A DNA stretch of 64,000 nucleotides, taken from Callorhinchus milii. Taxonomy: Eukaryota. Below the pieces are notes generated by a model that was not told where the DNA came from, ran no database searches, and saw only the letters and a program-made list of their open reading frames with translations. A program made the position numbers and the translations under genes. The stretch spans positions 100,442,001-100,506,000 of the forward strand of contig NW_024704742.1 in the NCBI RefSeq assembly GCF_018977255.1. The letters run 5' to 3'. Shown here in pieces: positions 38,905 to 52,300 of the stretch (positions are counted from its first letter, which is position 1; the number at the start of each line of letters is the position of its first letter).

Positions 38905-39050
38905 AATAAATAATAAATAATAATCCTTGCAATTGACATAGCGCCTGATCGCGTGGTCGAGACGTCTCGAAGCGCTTCGCGGAATATATTGTACAGGGGA
39001 TTGATTGCCTGTGTATTTCGTGGGCGAATCTAACAAAATGAGCTGCGTCA
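38905..39050 (-). mobile_element. SINE 3' fragment, CpG-enriched
   Basis: taatccttgcaattgacatagcgcctgatcgcgtggtcgagacgtctcgaagcgcttcgcggaatat is the reverse-strand SINE tail. Confidence 0.75.
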
Positions 39051-39137
39051 AATAATGCGGTGAAGAACTGTTAAAGAAACATACATGTGTGTGACATATT
39101 GCCAGGAATTATAACAGAGCAGTTGGCGATGGGCGTA

Positions 39138-39520
39138 TTCTCTCCCTCTCCCCCTCTCCCTCCCTCTCTCCCTCTCCCTCTCTGCCCCTCTCTCTCTCCC
39201 CCTCCCTCTCTCCTTCCCTTTCCCCCTCTCCCCCTCCCTCTCCCCCTCTCCCCTTCCCTCTCTCCCTCTCCCCCTCTCCCTCTCCCCTCTCTCTCTCCCC
39301 TCTCTCCTCTCTCCCTCTCTCCTCCCTCCCTCCCCCCCCCCCCTCCTCCCTCTCCCTCTCTCCCTCCCTCTCCCCCTCTCTCCCTCCCTCTCCCCCTCCC
39401 TCTCCCCCTCTCTCCCTCCCTCTCCCCCTCTCTCCTTCCCTCTCCCCCTCCCTCTCCCCCTCTCCCCCTCCCTCCCCCCTCCCCCTCCCCCCCCCCCTCT
39501 CCCCCTCTCCCCCTCTCCCC
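39138..39520. repeat. Uninterrupted polypyrimidine (C/T) tract, 383 bp
   Basis: Only C and T on the plus strand, built of ctccccct/ccct units. Confidence 0.97.
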
Positions 39521-41545
39521 GCCAGGGCTGTGTGGTGTGTCTCCCTGTGGGAGAGATGAAGGCTGGGTCTGGCTGGCGCGGTGCTGTTGGGTCGCTGATT
39601 GCATTTCTCCAGCACTGACGGAGTTTGGGGCGAAGACAGATAGGATTTTTAGATAAAACTGCGGCTGGTCCCTGAGAGACCCAAACAATACCGAGATGAT
39701 GAATAGCATCTCCGAGGCGATCGATCGGTGCCCTGATACAGTCGATTCGGCCAGCTTTCTCCAGAAAACTAGTGGCAATTAATTGTGTCTTGTCCGCTCA
39801 TCGCTCATCTTAGTGTGTCAGTTATCGATGGAGATTAGTGCTGATGGACCATTTTATCACGTTAAATAAACATTCACCACCTTTCAACCAAAAGGAAATA
39901 TGGATAATAAAACCGTGCTTAGAGGCGGTAGTCAGTCTTGAAATGGCTCTCTGGGTTATAGGGATCTGTGCTAATTTGACGCATTTGATCTTTCGGGGAA
40001 ACTTTATTTGGGGATTGTGAATTAATACCAGGATCAGGGGAGGTATGTGACGTTTATCGGTTCCTTCTGTAGCTATAGAGTCTGTGCCAGTCTTACAGTG
40101 AAATCTTTCACTGCTTTCTGTTTACCTCAGCATCCAGACAGACCTGGTCATTCATCCAAGCTGTTCTATATATGAAACGAGTTATCTCAGCTCGGTTGTT
40201 GGGCAAAAAAAATTTATCGATCAAGCGAAAAAAAGTGCCTATGGATTCGTGAAAACAAATAAATGTTTTGCCTCAGTCTGTCGATGTTGAAAATCATACT
40301 TCTGCATTCCGTCCTGTCAAACAGTTTAAACGCTTAACTATTTTTGACTGGAAAAGTTACAGCGGCGATCAATGGGGGTGTTTTATTTTATTTTGCAATT
40401 CAAAGTGCACGACTGTGGTTTATTACTCCTCGGGGATAAATTAACCTTATCGTTCCTCTTGACTTATTCTTGATGTTCAATGCATTTGAAAACCTAGAAT
40501 AAGTTTGCATTTCGACTCATTGTAATTAATAAAATAATTAGTCATGAATTAGTGGATGTACCTTAGTTGCAACAATAACTTCTCCCTATTTATTATTTAG
40601 TTTTAAGTTGCTTGAAGACATCGTATCATTCTTGAAGGTTTCCTACCTACAGGGACAGATTGCTGTCTGCACGTTTTCCCGTCTGCACCGTTATACAGTG
40701 TTCTCATACACTGAATTGACTGCTCTGAAATGGTTGAATGGGAATAACTCGCTGTATTTGTGCGTAATTTGGGCGAGGAGTCTGTCTGGTCTGATCCACC
40801 AGCGGCGCCTCTCAACTTGGCAAATTAAGGCTCACAACCCGTGGAGAGGTGAGGAACTGATGTGTTCTCCCCGTGTATTTTTGTGAGTCTTGAGCGCAGG
40901 CAAAACAAAAAGGGCAATTTGAACGGGAATCGCTGACAGCGAAGAGCTGACGGTGGCTCCTAACCTCATGTAATGTGTCTGAACAGAGGGTTTCATCAAC
41001 CAAACACAACCAAACCGTGAAGAGAGAGGGGGAGCAGAGCACAGAGCACACGGCGCAGTGCCGGACACTCTTCCTGGCTCAGCTGTGGGCTGGTTATTCA
41101 CTGCCCATTTCACACACCTTTGACGTCCAGAGGTTCAATGCAAACTCGACGCGAGGTTTTCGAAAGATGGTATTTTTTTAAAAAAAAAAGAGAACCCAAG
41201 AAAAACTTTAAAGGCACTTGGGAGTGGGGGCAGCGCCGGCTGTGCTGGTGATCTGTGCAAACATCCCCTGAACCTGCCTGCTGAGCACCCGGAGTTGTGA
41301 AACACAAAAGTGTGTGTTGCTTTTAGTATTATAACTGTAGATCGTGTAGTTCCCACCAGAAAGGAGGCTATAACAGCCTTTCCTCGTGGTGTAATTCGCC
41401 TACGCTAAGTGTCCCGTGATCTCAAATGGTTATAACTATCCTTTATAAATATTTACACTTGGGAGAGAGATGAAGATGGAGCAATGACAACCCAAGTGCG
41501 TGCAAATGCAATGTTGGTGTGGCTGTGATTTTTTGTGCCAAGAGG

Positions 41546-41547
<2 letters not shown>

Positions 41548-41579
<32 letters not shown>
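41548..41579. repeat. (TC)n microsatellite about 45 nt into the PRDM6 intron
   Basis: Direct reading. Confidence 0.95.
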
Positions 41580-41582
<3 letters not shown>

Positions 41583-41624
41583 TTGCACCGCTGTGAGTGC
41601 GCTTTTGCTGTGCGCTGTACTCAC

Positions 41625-42129
41625 GGTTGTTGTGGTCGCTCGTGTGGTTGTTGAGGGGGATGATCTCCATCCTCTGCTGCCCGTACAGGTAATAGTCCAG
41701 ATCCTCTGCCGTGAAGGAGAATCTCAGGGCTCTCTCGGTGCCAGAGGAGCCCAGCCCTTTGCTTTGGCTTCCGTTGAACGCCGAGGGCGGATCGGAGCCT
41801 TGCAGCTGCCCCAACCCCGAGATCTGCGGCACGGAAACCGGGGCCAGGCCGGAGAGGGACAGGGGGCACACGGAGGAGGAGGAGGAGGAGGAGGAGGGAG
41901 CGGTGGATGTAGATGAGGCGTGCGCTCCCGGGTGCTGGCGCACGCTGTCAGGCGGCGGATCGGCTCTGTCGAGCGGCTGCAGTGGGTTTGGGTTTGGGAT
42001 TGGGATTGGGATGGCTGTCAGGGAGCTGACTTTCAGTTGGGTCTGAGGGAAAAGCTGCTTCCAATGCTGGATGTAGGCGGGATCGACCTTCAGGAAAGCT
42101 GATCCACTGGACTCGCTGGCTTTCATCAT
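41625..42129 (-). CDS. PRDM6: PRDM6 first coding exon (N-terminal low-complexity region up to the zinc knuckle)
   Basis: Translation [28 protein letters not shown]...[32 protein letters not shown] matches the PRDM6 N-terminus as I recall it ([45 protein letters not shown]). ATG at 42129, likely AG acceptor at 42147-42146 (exon start 42145), donor C|GTGAGT after 41625. 505 coding nt, phase 1. Confidence 0.95.
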
Positions 42130-42607
42130 CTCCAAAGACTTCCAACTTTAATTCAAAAAAATACATACAGTGCATTACAGTCACATCATTTGCGGCGATG
42201 CAATGGACTCTGTGAAGGATGTAACACATTTCGCGCTTTGGGCATCAGTAAAAAAAACTGCGGGTCGCGACTGAGTACTATATGGAATAAAAATATCTGC
42301 GATGGGATCGTATGGTTGACAAGGAGATCGCCCATCAGCGCAATGTCACGCTGCGCTCAAACGTGTACAGATTCCGCGTTGGACTGTCACAGTAGTTTTG
42401 GGGACAGTTCACTTGGCGCACGTTTCAAGTGACATTTCATTGCAATCTGAAAAGCACTTTATAAATACCGCAACCGGGGGTGGGGGAGGGTGGGGAGGGG
42501 GTGTTACAGCAACCAACCAACCTGCTGGTTCTACATGCAATTAATGAATAAACACTGGAGAGTTTTATATTTGGTTTCACTTTTGCAGCAGTCCTTTAGG
42601 ATCTCAC

Positions 42608-42760
42608 CGTACGCGGGTGTCAAAGAGTGCAGAACCGATCCTGTGCTCTTTCCACGCTCTTCGCCATAAATATATAAAGTAAGTAACCGGCAATAAAGTT
42701 GCAGGCTCCTATTCCAGCTGTTTAACTGGTCTCTCCGAGCAGGTACAGCACTTTGGGGGT
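42608..42760 (-). other. PRDM6: Candidate non-coding first exon of PRDM6 (5' end uncertain)
   Basis: The ATG-bearing exon has an acceptor 16 nt upstream of the ATG, implying an upstream exon. A good minus-strand donor (ACG|GTGAGA, GT at 42607-42606) lies about 460 nt upstream in CpG-rich DNA. The upstream boundary is a guess. Confidence 0.4.
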
Positions 42761-45700
42761 TTTTTTTTAAAAAAAAGAAGACCGATGTTTTAGACACCAC
42801 TGACCTTTGCAGATGTTCCAATCGGTCTTGGGTTTTTTGTGCGTGGGGGGAAATTGTTTGGTTCGGTTGCTTTCTTCCAAACTGTTTACTCCTTTTATCC
42901 CGCAAGCATGGCTCTGGCGTGGGGAGGCGGTGAGTAGCAGATCCCAGCCACAGGCTCCTGCTCATCTGGGAGGTTCCCGTGACGCTCCCAGGCTGAGTGG
43001 AAGGGGAGACACGTGGTTTTGCCCACAGCGCAGATTGGAGAGGATGCAACGTCCACCAGAACCACACACCAACCACACCCTCTCCCCCTCTCCCCCCCTC
43101 CCTCCCTGGACCATCTCCATTCATGCCTAAAGGGTGCATTAGATCCACACGCACGTTTCTGTACAGATAACACTTAAAAAATCTATCAGCTCAGCAATCC
43201 GTGAGTAATTGGAGCGCCCACATTTGCAAATAATAAATTGCGTGGCAGCGACTTGTTTATTTCTGCTTCAATGGCCCCGGGTAGTTACTTAAACAAACTG
43301 TGGGTTATAATAACTATTGTATGCGTTATTGTGGGGCATGTTAGCCGGTTAGCATCATCATGGATGTAGAATGTATACATGTTATTGGGTCCTATTATTA
43401 TTAGTGTTCTACTTATTTTTTCTCAGCAATTCATGGGACTTCCACAGTTATCTGGAAAGGGTGTGTGGAAAAAAAAGCCCTTGATAGATGAGAACCAGTC
43501 TGCAACCGTTATAGGGTAGTTAGGTGGCAATGAGCAGGATATATCAGAGTTGATTTCTTTAAGTAAAAGTCTGGTTTCTGCTTTCCAGTTCCCAATACCC
43601 CCCATCCGCCCCCCCCCCCCCCCCCCCCCCCCGCGTCCTATCGCTTGATCGGTTGAGTTTCTCTGCCCTGCATCACTCTCGTCCCGTGTCCTCTCATTGC
43701 ATTGAAGTCCTGTGGCTCTGGTGGTTTTCTTTGCATTTGTTAATTATCATTCCCCGCGTCTCGCTGCTGCTCTTTAACCGCGACTGTTTGCTCTCTGTTC
43801 CGCACAATTGGGCGCTCAGCACTTTCTGAAATGTCATTCGTGGAGGTAACTCCGCTATTGGGGACTGTTTGGCTACTGGGGGAGGGGGGGGGGGGGGTTC
43901 AGAGCAGCGTCTGGACCTCTTTGCCCTCCATCACCCCACCCCCACCCCCACCCCAGTCGAAGCAGTTTCTGAGAAAATAGCGTGTATGTTTAGATTGTGT
44001 CTCTATCTAAAGTCGTGCCTATTCTATAAACTTCAGTGGAAATGTTTTGACTGGCGTCATTTTGACCAGGTCGTCTGTCATCTGGTCCTATAGATTGATA
44101 ACACACCGCGAAAAGGCAAACACAGTCACGCGGAAAGGAATTCTGGTGAGAAATAAAATGGACATGTGAAAAACTTGCATCGCTTAAAAAAGAATTCATT
44201 GGGATCGCCGTCATTTCCAAACTACTTTGAACTCGGAATTCGAGATTATTAAAGCAAGAACTGAGGTTGCAGAATGGGTTATTGCTCAGTGATAGACGCC
44301 ACCAGTGCAGACAGTACAGTACTGAGCTGTGCAATTGGGATTCGTGTGTAGTTAAGAGTCAAATAGCTGGTGATATATTACCAGATCACTGTGGACGACT
44401 CTTCTGGAGTTCCGGCGATTCCGTTTATATTTTAGATTATACAATAATATTCTGTCCATTAAGAACAAGGTTGCACATACATAGTGATAACAATAATCAT
44501 TATTATTATTAATAATAATACTTGTAGCAAAGAAGCAACACATTGGGACTTGCTAAAGATTCTCCCATACATGACCTTCTCAATATTACATGCTCATTTG
44601 AGGGGATAAATTATTAAAATAAGTGGAAGTGATGGAATCCAAAACAAAATATTATGATTACTCATTATCCATTGATTATTAGAGGTATCAGGGGTTTTTT
44701 TTTGCAAGTGGTGGCTTTTACTGGCACAAAACAAACATTTAAACGTGCAATACATGAAATGGTAAAACGCATTTAATTTTACTCGGTTCACACATACATC
44801 GTTGCAAACCTGTACATGCACTTCTTCCACAATTGGGATAATTCCTACAAAGGCAGTCAAAGACCGTCAACTTCACCCTCAGCATCGTTTCGTCTTATTC
44901 TCCGAAAAATTACAGTCACTGAGTTATGGATCAGTCATGGATCAGTCTGCCGCTCATAACATTTAGTTTTGTCACATTGATAATTTGCAATTCAGTTTTA
45001 CAAATCCGATTTCAATGGAAGAAAATGAAAGAACAATACGAGTGAACAATATCTTTTTTTTTATTTTAAGGAAAAGCTGTTCTCACAAGGGACTTTTTGA
45101 ACTTGGGAGCCAAAGAGCAATAAAAGAGCTCACTAGCTGTCTGATTAAGAGAAGTCCTTTGGGAGAAATTGCAAAGACTTGCATGTCCGTTTGTCTGTCA
45201 AAGTGTCTAACTGCTGCCGAGCTACTTTACTAATGTATTCTGTCGATTCACAACCCCCCACCCCCCCCCACCCCCCAACATACACACACACAAATGTAAA
45301 TGTATTTAAGCAAAGTCTAATTGGTGCAATGCATCGTATTTAACACTCCTCGCATTTAGCAACATGCTGACATGTATTTGATTGATGCATTCTGCTCATA
45401 TGCAGTGTGTTTAACCCACCTGATAACTCACTGTGCAACTGATGCCCGCGTTATGCTTTCGTTGCTTTCCCTTCGAAACAGTCGCGCAAAATACGGAAAG
45501 AAACCAGGATTTTTTTCCCGCTGCTTTGCTGCACGACGTGACACAGCTTGGAGTGACAAGTCAAATAAGAGAAACCATCAAGTTTCGGATTTCCTCTGTA
45601 GCGACTAGGTTTTTATATGTGTGTGTACAGATGCATAAAATCTGGAGCGAGCAATCGATGTGCATATTCCAGGCCAATGTGGTTGGAGCGAAATAAATAA

Positions 45701-48700
45701 GGCGCTGTGTATTAAATGCAGGGAACGCGCTCCTGTTTTTCTTCATTGATTAATGACTTCTAAAATAAAACATGCGGCAATGCGAGCAGCGATCGATAAA
45801 TTAACTGCCGAAATTCATCATTTTCTCGGGTAAAATATCCAGAGCAAGTCACAATTTTTGACATGTCCCACAAGGTGGAAGGCGCAGGCAGGTTTCGATC
45901 TGGATTGCTGGTTATTAGGAAATCTGATTCCATTTGACACCCAATTAAAAGTTTGCATTTCTTCTTAATTAATTCTCTTGATCGGGCAAGACAAATAGAC
46001 GGTTCATTTTGACAGGAGTCCGATAAGGAATTCAACAGCTTTCCTCAGCCGGGCGTCTCCTGATTATAGTTTTAAGGTCACAGCTTCATGGGTTTATAAT
46101 TCATTAATATAGACATTTATTCAGGCGGGATTCGCGCAGTCCGCACCGCCTCGCATCATCTGGGGTTGCTTTTTGGACAGAGAAAAAAGAAAGCAAAACA
46201 GATTGTAAACTGACCAGTCAATGCTTCGCCACTATAAACACTGTCCATATAAATCCCAGGTGAACGCGCTGTAAGGATCCACAGTACAAAGCGATGGGTT
46301 TGTGAACGATTATACGGCTATTCTGCCTTTCGTCATCATAAACACTTTGAACTTTTAAAAGACTCTCGGGGCATTTTTCTGATATGAACATGGTTTGAAT
46401 CAACCTTTTGCCCTAACTTTTTTTTTCCGACTTCGTAGGCACTGGGGGGGGGGGGGGGGGATAAATCATGTGAACACAGTCACATCAGAAAATATATATC
46501 GTATCAATAACCTTTCACATTCTGCCAAGAATTTTCTTTTTTAAAAAAAAGTGTAAATTCTCAACACAGTTTCGGGATTTGCGCTTTAACTGAAAACGAG
46601 AGAGTTTTACACTCGAAATATCGAACAGCATCTTATGTCAAACACGGGTAAGGCCGAGGTTATAGCAGGTACAATCCTAAATTGGGGTTATGCGGGTTGT
46701 TCTGTCTGCATTTCATACATTGATGAAGCGACTGCACATTTATCACTTAAAAATGTAACTTTCTTTCCCCCTCGACGGAAAGTGCGACATTTGCTCAAAG
46801 CTCTTGGAAACGCTCAGTTACAACGGGCGATCAATAGTTGTGAGAGGGAGAGGATGGTGGCGAAAATAGCGAATCCTCACAACCCGGACCAGATCAGTTA
46901 CAGACCAGAAGGAATTCCTTTAGTAAGTGTAGCCACACATTCAATACTCCAAACGTTGTATTGGGAATCAAACAATCGGGTTTAATTGATGCTGCAATTG
47001 GAAAGATTCCTCCAACCGGTTACATTTCAAGGAAGATGTGAAAGCCTTCAGTGAATTTATTACATCGCGAAATAAAATATCAGAAATGGCAATGCTCAAA
47101 CAGACACCGGTGATATAAGTTACTGGATGATCAGGAGGATATCAACGCATTGGTATCATTAAAATTGCAGACCTATCACACCTGACAGCAAAACAGAAAA
47201 AAATACACATGCATCACAGACGATTGCAGTTTCTTTAAGAAATAATGTTAAAATAACGCACCTTTAAACTCCACTGTCACTGAATTGTGTGATACGGTAG
47301 TAAAACGATCAATAACGACATTAGAGTCATTCGTCACCATCGAGTTTATAAGCCTTTCACGTGCAGCAATATCAACTGTAAATGGAATTATAATTATTGG
47401 ATGTGACTCCCCTGGTGTTTACTGTGACTTTCTTTTCATGTTGTTTTTTTTCCCCCCACAAATATTAGGAAACACGAGCTCAGGGCAATAAATGTGTGTG
47501 TAAAAAAAATACACGAGAGACTGTAAATAATACAGGAGGGAAATAGTTCAGCGAGAGAGAGAAAAAACCCGAATTACAAGCATCTAACAAGAGCAGACGA
47601 ACTTCGTGTTTGAAATGTCTCAGAAACTGTTCTTTGGGGGGGAGTTAAAGTGAGTGAAGTGTGTGAGAGTCTCAAAGTCAAACCCGAGAGGGCGCACTTC
47701 TCGCTCCAATTCTTACCAACTCGGTGTCTGTCCAAGAGGGACAGCGTCTCCCTCTGCCCGTCCAGCAAACACATCAAAACTCCAGCAAACTTTATGGAGG
47801 CACTTCGGTGTTTTAACCAAAGACTCAGACACTCATTGGCTTGAACCCGGGTCGGCTTTGCTGGGGTTTGGACGCCCGCTTTGCCTTCTCACTGGACTCT
47901 GACACGTTGTGCTGGAAACCACTGCACCGCCTGTCTGTCTCCCCACACCAGTGCCATTTGGAAGTGGAGATTGATCTGAATGATGTCAGCACCGAATGGC
48001 TATGTACCATTACAGGAATATTCAAATTGAGGGGCTGTGTTTTTTTGTGTCTCACATGCGTTTGATTCCCCACGCGAACATGATCGATTCACACAGTTTT
48101 TGAGGAGCCAAACTGGATAGATTCTTGGCTTGCACAGACTCCCAGATTTGCCCAGAATCGACTTCTTGTTTACTTCCCTCCAGTCATTAACTTGCATTTG
48201 AAGCATTTTAATGATCCAAGTGGGCAGTGGCAGTATTGCAGGAATCGGGCGTTAGTTTTTGCTTTTTTTGGTAGTGGTGTTGGGGGGTTGGGGGGGGGGG
48301 GGGGGGGAGAGAAAGAGAGAAAATCAAGAGAATTACTTGGAACTGAATCATTTCGATGTGTTTGAATGAGCGAGTGCAGAGGTGGGAGAATGGATTGTAT
48401 CCACTGACAGCTGCCAGTGAAATCTCAACAGACCCATTAAGCGACCTGGTCTCTTTAACATCAATAGCCACGTGCACGCCATAAAACCACCTTCCCAGCA
48501 GTAAAAAGAGAGGAGTCAACAGGGAACATATTTTGTCGCCCTTTCTACAGCGTAAGGCGAAGCTATTCTGTTGGGCAACGACTCCCTTTGGCATCGATTC
48601 CCCACCGAGTCTCATGCGTCAAAAGTGATGCCCAACAAGTGATGGTTACAACCTCAGATGACAGACAGGTGTTTGTCCGATATGTTATCACTGCACATCC

Positions 48701-49116
48701 TGACTGTACCTTTCATGGACAGATGGATGTAACCTCCACACAGATATGCTATTGCTCTTCAAATTGTAAATAATTCAACAATAACAAAAACAAATCTGAA
48801 CAGTCAAAACCTGAATCAGAGAGAAGCCTCAAGGTCAGGTTGTGTGGCAGCAGTACTGGTCTACATTGAGCAGCACTTGTTAATACACTTTATTGTTGAT
48901 GATTGAATAGGTTTTCGGAATTTTAAGGTCCACTGTCTTAAAATATGCAATCGTCTCAGGCTTTGGAAAATGCTTAAATTCTCTCGTTAATTTTGAAACC
49001 AGTTTTCCCTCGTTCTTAAAACGACCCCGTCTTCAAGAAGAGACTGAATTTGAATAATGTTCCCGAATTTCTGCCATGAACTTAACATTTCAATACTTAA
49101 AAGGTCTCAAAGCTAA

Positions 49117-49339
<223 letters not shown>

Positions 49340-52300
49340 TTCAAGCTTGTGGTCAGGAGGGCCACAAGGAGAGTGGGGAAGAGATGACAGAACTGAAGCA
49401 CAGCACAACCACAGTACAGTTTATATGTATAAAGTGCATTTCACGGAGGGAAGCCTTTCCAGCTTATCAGTTGATATTAGTTTAGTTCAACTCTAATCGT
49501 GACAACACAGGTTAAGAGGGAGAAAGAACATAATATTTCCATAAACCGTGTTATTACGGTATTGCTGTACTTGGGAGATGATCAATGGCATTAGAGTACA
49601 GAGAAGGCGGATTCAATATCTCTGAAGTGCGATTTAAGAATAGACTTGAGGTTTGCCAGTGAGAGCGAACACAGGGCTCGGAGTCCACTCAGTAAATCTG
49701 GGTAACATCAGTACTGTAGTTTTTATGTTGCCTCTATATCACCTAAATATAGTGTAGCTAGTTGTCTGCTGAACATCCATCCTATTTGACTCGAGATGAA
49801 TTATTTATCTGCAAACACTCCTCTGAAATGAATGCCCAGAAATGCATCAACCGGAATGTTTTTCTCACTTTCTTGTTTCTACTTTCTGCAACGCCAGAAT
49901 AAACAGATTTGTTTTCTAACCTTTTTTTTTGAACTGAACTGAAGCCCAGTCACTCCCCCTCCACCCTCCCTTTTTTTTCGCGAATTGTATTTGCATAATT
50001 TATGATTGTTTTTAATACAGTTTTTAGATATTGAACCAAAGCGATTGAGCACATGGCGTGAACTTGTTTTGATTCAGGACAGAGCGTGAATATTTCACTG
50101 CACATTGCTGAGATATATATAGCTAGAAATGTACAAATAACTTCGGAGCTTCATTCAGCCTCATCCACCCAACTATGAACTGATCCTGATGATTGTCACA
50201 TCCATCAAAATAATATTTGTATCAGCAAAGAACGATACTTGACCCGAGTTCAAGCCACTGCATGAAATTAATTGCAATTAACACCATATATATCTGAGGA
50301 ATGAATCGCTGTGATTTCATACCTTTAACCAGCAGGTATGATAATGATTTGACTTTGTTTCGGTGTGAGATGGGACGTCCCCCTTTCACCAATAATGTAA
50401 TGGATGGTGTGTGTGAGAGGTAGAGGGGGTTGGTCAGGTGGAGAGGGTCTGTTCCACTCCTTATCTTCCACATTTTTGATATTGAATTTAACTCCATGTT
50501 GCTGGCATTTGCACACAATGTCATGTAGTTTTCACGGCAATTGGTGAAGCAATTGGGTACTTCAGAGGTACAGTAAGTACAGTATAGTCTGGTAATAACC
50601 GAATGGTTTTCTGAGATGGTTGAGCCACTGGTAAAGTAAAGCAGGTTACACGGGGTAACACCACAGAGTCTGTACTCGCTGCAGTATTCTCACCTCTGTG
50701 GCGAGTATTTAAGGTGTGTATCACCTATGAGGATGTTTGATGTCGCAGCCCCCAGTTTGGAGGTGTTGGTGCCTGGGGTACAGGCTGGTGCAGAAGACTT
50801 TTCCTAAACATGTCAACAGAGTGAAGAGATAGAGCACACGATGGGGTGGAATCATGGAAGACACATGTCTAGTCCCCGCCGATGTGTTAGTTTGGGATTT
50901 ATGATTATAGAAGAAGGGTCACTTTTGTAGTACTTTTCTCGCTATTTTAGCGAGTACCCCCCCCCCCCCCCCCCCCCACCACCAGCAAAGGTTTAAGGAT
51001 AATGAATAAACTAATTCTTCCATTTGATACCGTGCCTATCCCTTGGAGATGTCTCAAAGCATTGCACAATGCTGTCAAATGTAGTGACTGTGTATTTGTG
51101 AGCAAATACAAGATCTTTGATATCTGATATGATTTGGTATAATACACAACTTTACTAATTCACATACGCTTTGCTGGTTTGGAAACTGTGTGTGGGATTT
51201 GCCCTACACGTAAAATGAAGTGTTAGTATATCATGTATGTTACCCTAGAATCGTTTTTTTACTCGTTGCAAAAATTTAGCACATATAATGCACGTTAACT
51301 AGCAGTCAGTTTCTACTTTGTATAAAATCTGAGGTATCGATTAACTTGAGTAGAAGTAATAGATCATTTGATGTATGTATTATTTCCTCGAAGGACATGT
51401 CTCGCCAACTGTTTTTGACTTTTTTAAAAAAAATTCTAGTGAGCAATGGTGTCCTTATTACAAGTATATTAGACTGGAATATTCACAGGTGAATGAACAT
51501 CTCCAATATGTTAAGACGTTCACGTTGTTTCTCAATAAACTGTTGCGGTGATAAACTTAATCTCAATGTCAGATGTGTTGTGTGTCGGTAACCACATATC
51601 AGTTACTTCTAGTGAGTTACTTATGCAACGTTATAGTGGTGACACCTTCAACCACAGCTGCTAAAATAGTGTTTTAAAATGGTTTGTCCCAGAAACTAGA
51701 TGATACAGACGGAAAAGCTTTGGGCTGGGGTGACAGAATGTGTTTAGATGCTTGTTCTCCCTCGTTGACCAAGAATTGGAATAGGCTAACCCTGACTATA
51801 ACAAGGTTAGCCATCCTAACCACCTCACATTTCTAATGTTGGAACTTTCGTTAAACAGCAGCAACTCAATCCCCATTTCTCTGTCAGCATCTGTGGGAAA
51901 TGGTGAATTAATGCAGAGCAAAATCCGAGCATAAGGGGATAGCAAACTGTTATTAACCACCACTTTAATATAATGTCAGAGCAAATGTTTCCAGACATGG
52001 TATCCATCAACCTCGGTTTGAACATTTCATTTACATATTCAGACCCTCTTCTGCTCGTGTCTCCCAAATAGCGAGTCTGCTAATGCTTTTCACGTTATAC
52101 AATACTACTGCACATTTATTGTTTTTCCTAAGGCCCGTGGGTTTATTCAGTATTCTTTTATTTTTAAATGACTTAGTGTTTTATCCCTGAAAGTTACAAT
52201 TTTCCCATATGGAGATTTTTTTCCCAAGTCAGTGACCAAAGGGAAGCACCTGAACCAATTTGTTAGCCCAGCGACCCAGATCCCACCTTTTCACTCGCCA

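Noticed and set aside
39071..39778. Long G/E/R-rich and P/S/L-rich ORFs
   Set aside because: Open only because the C/T tract cannot encode stop codons.
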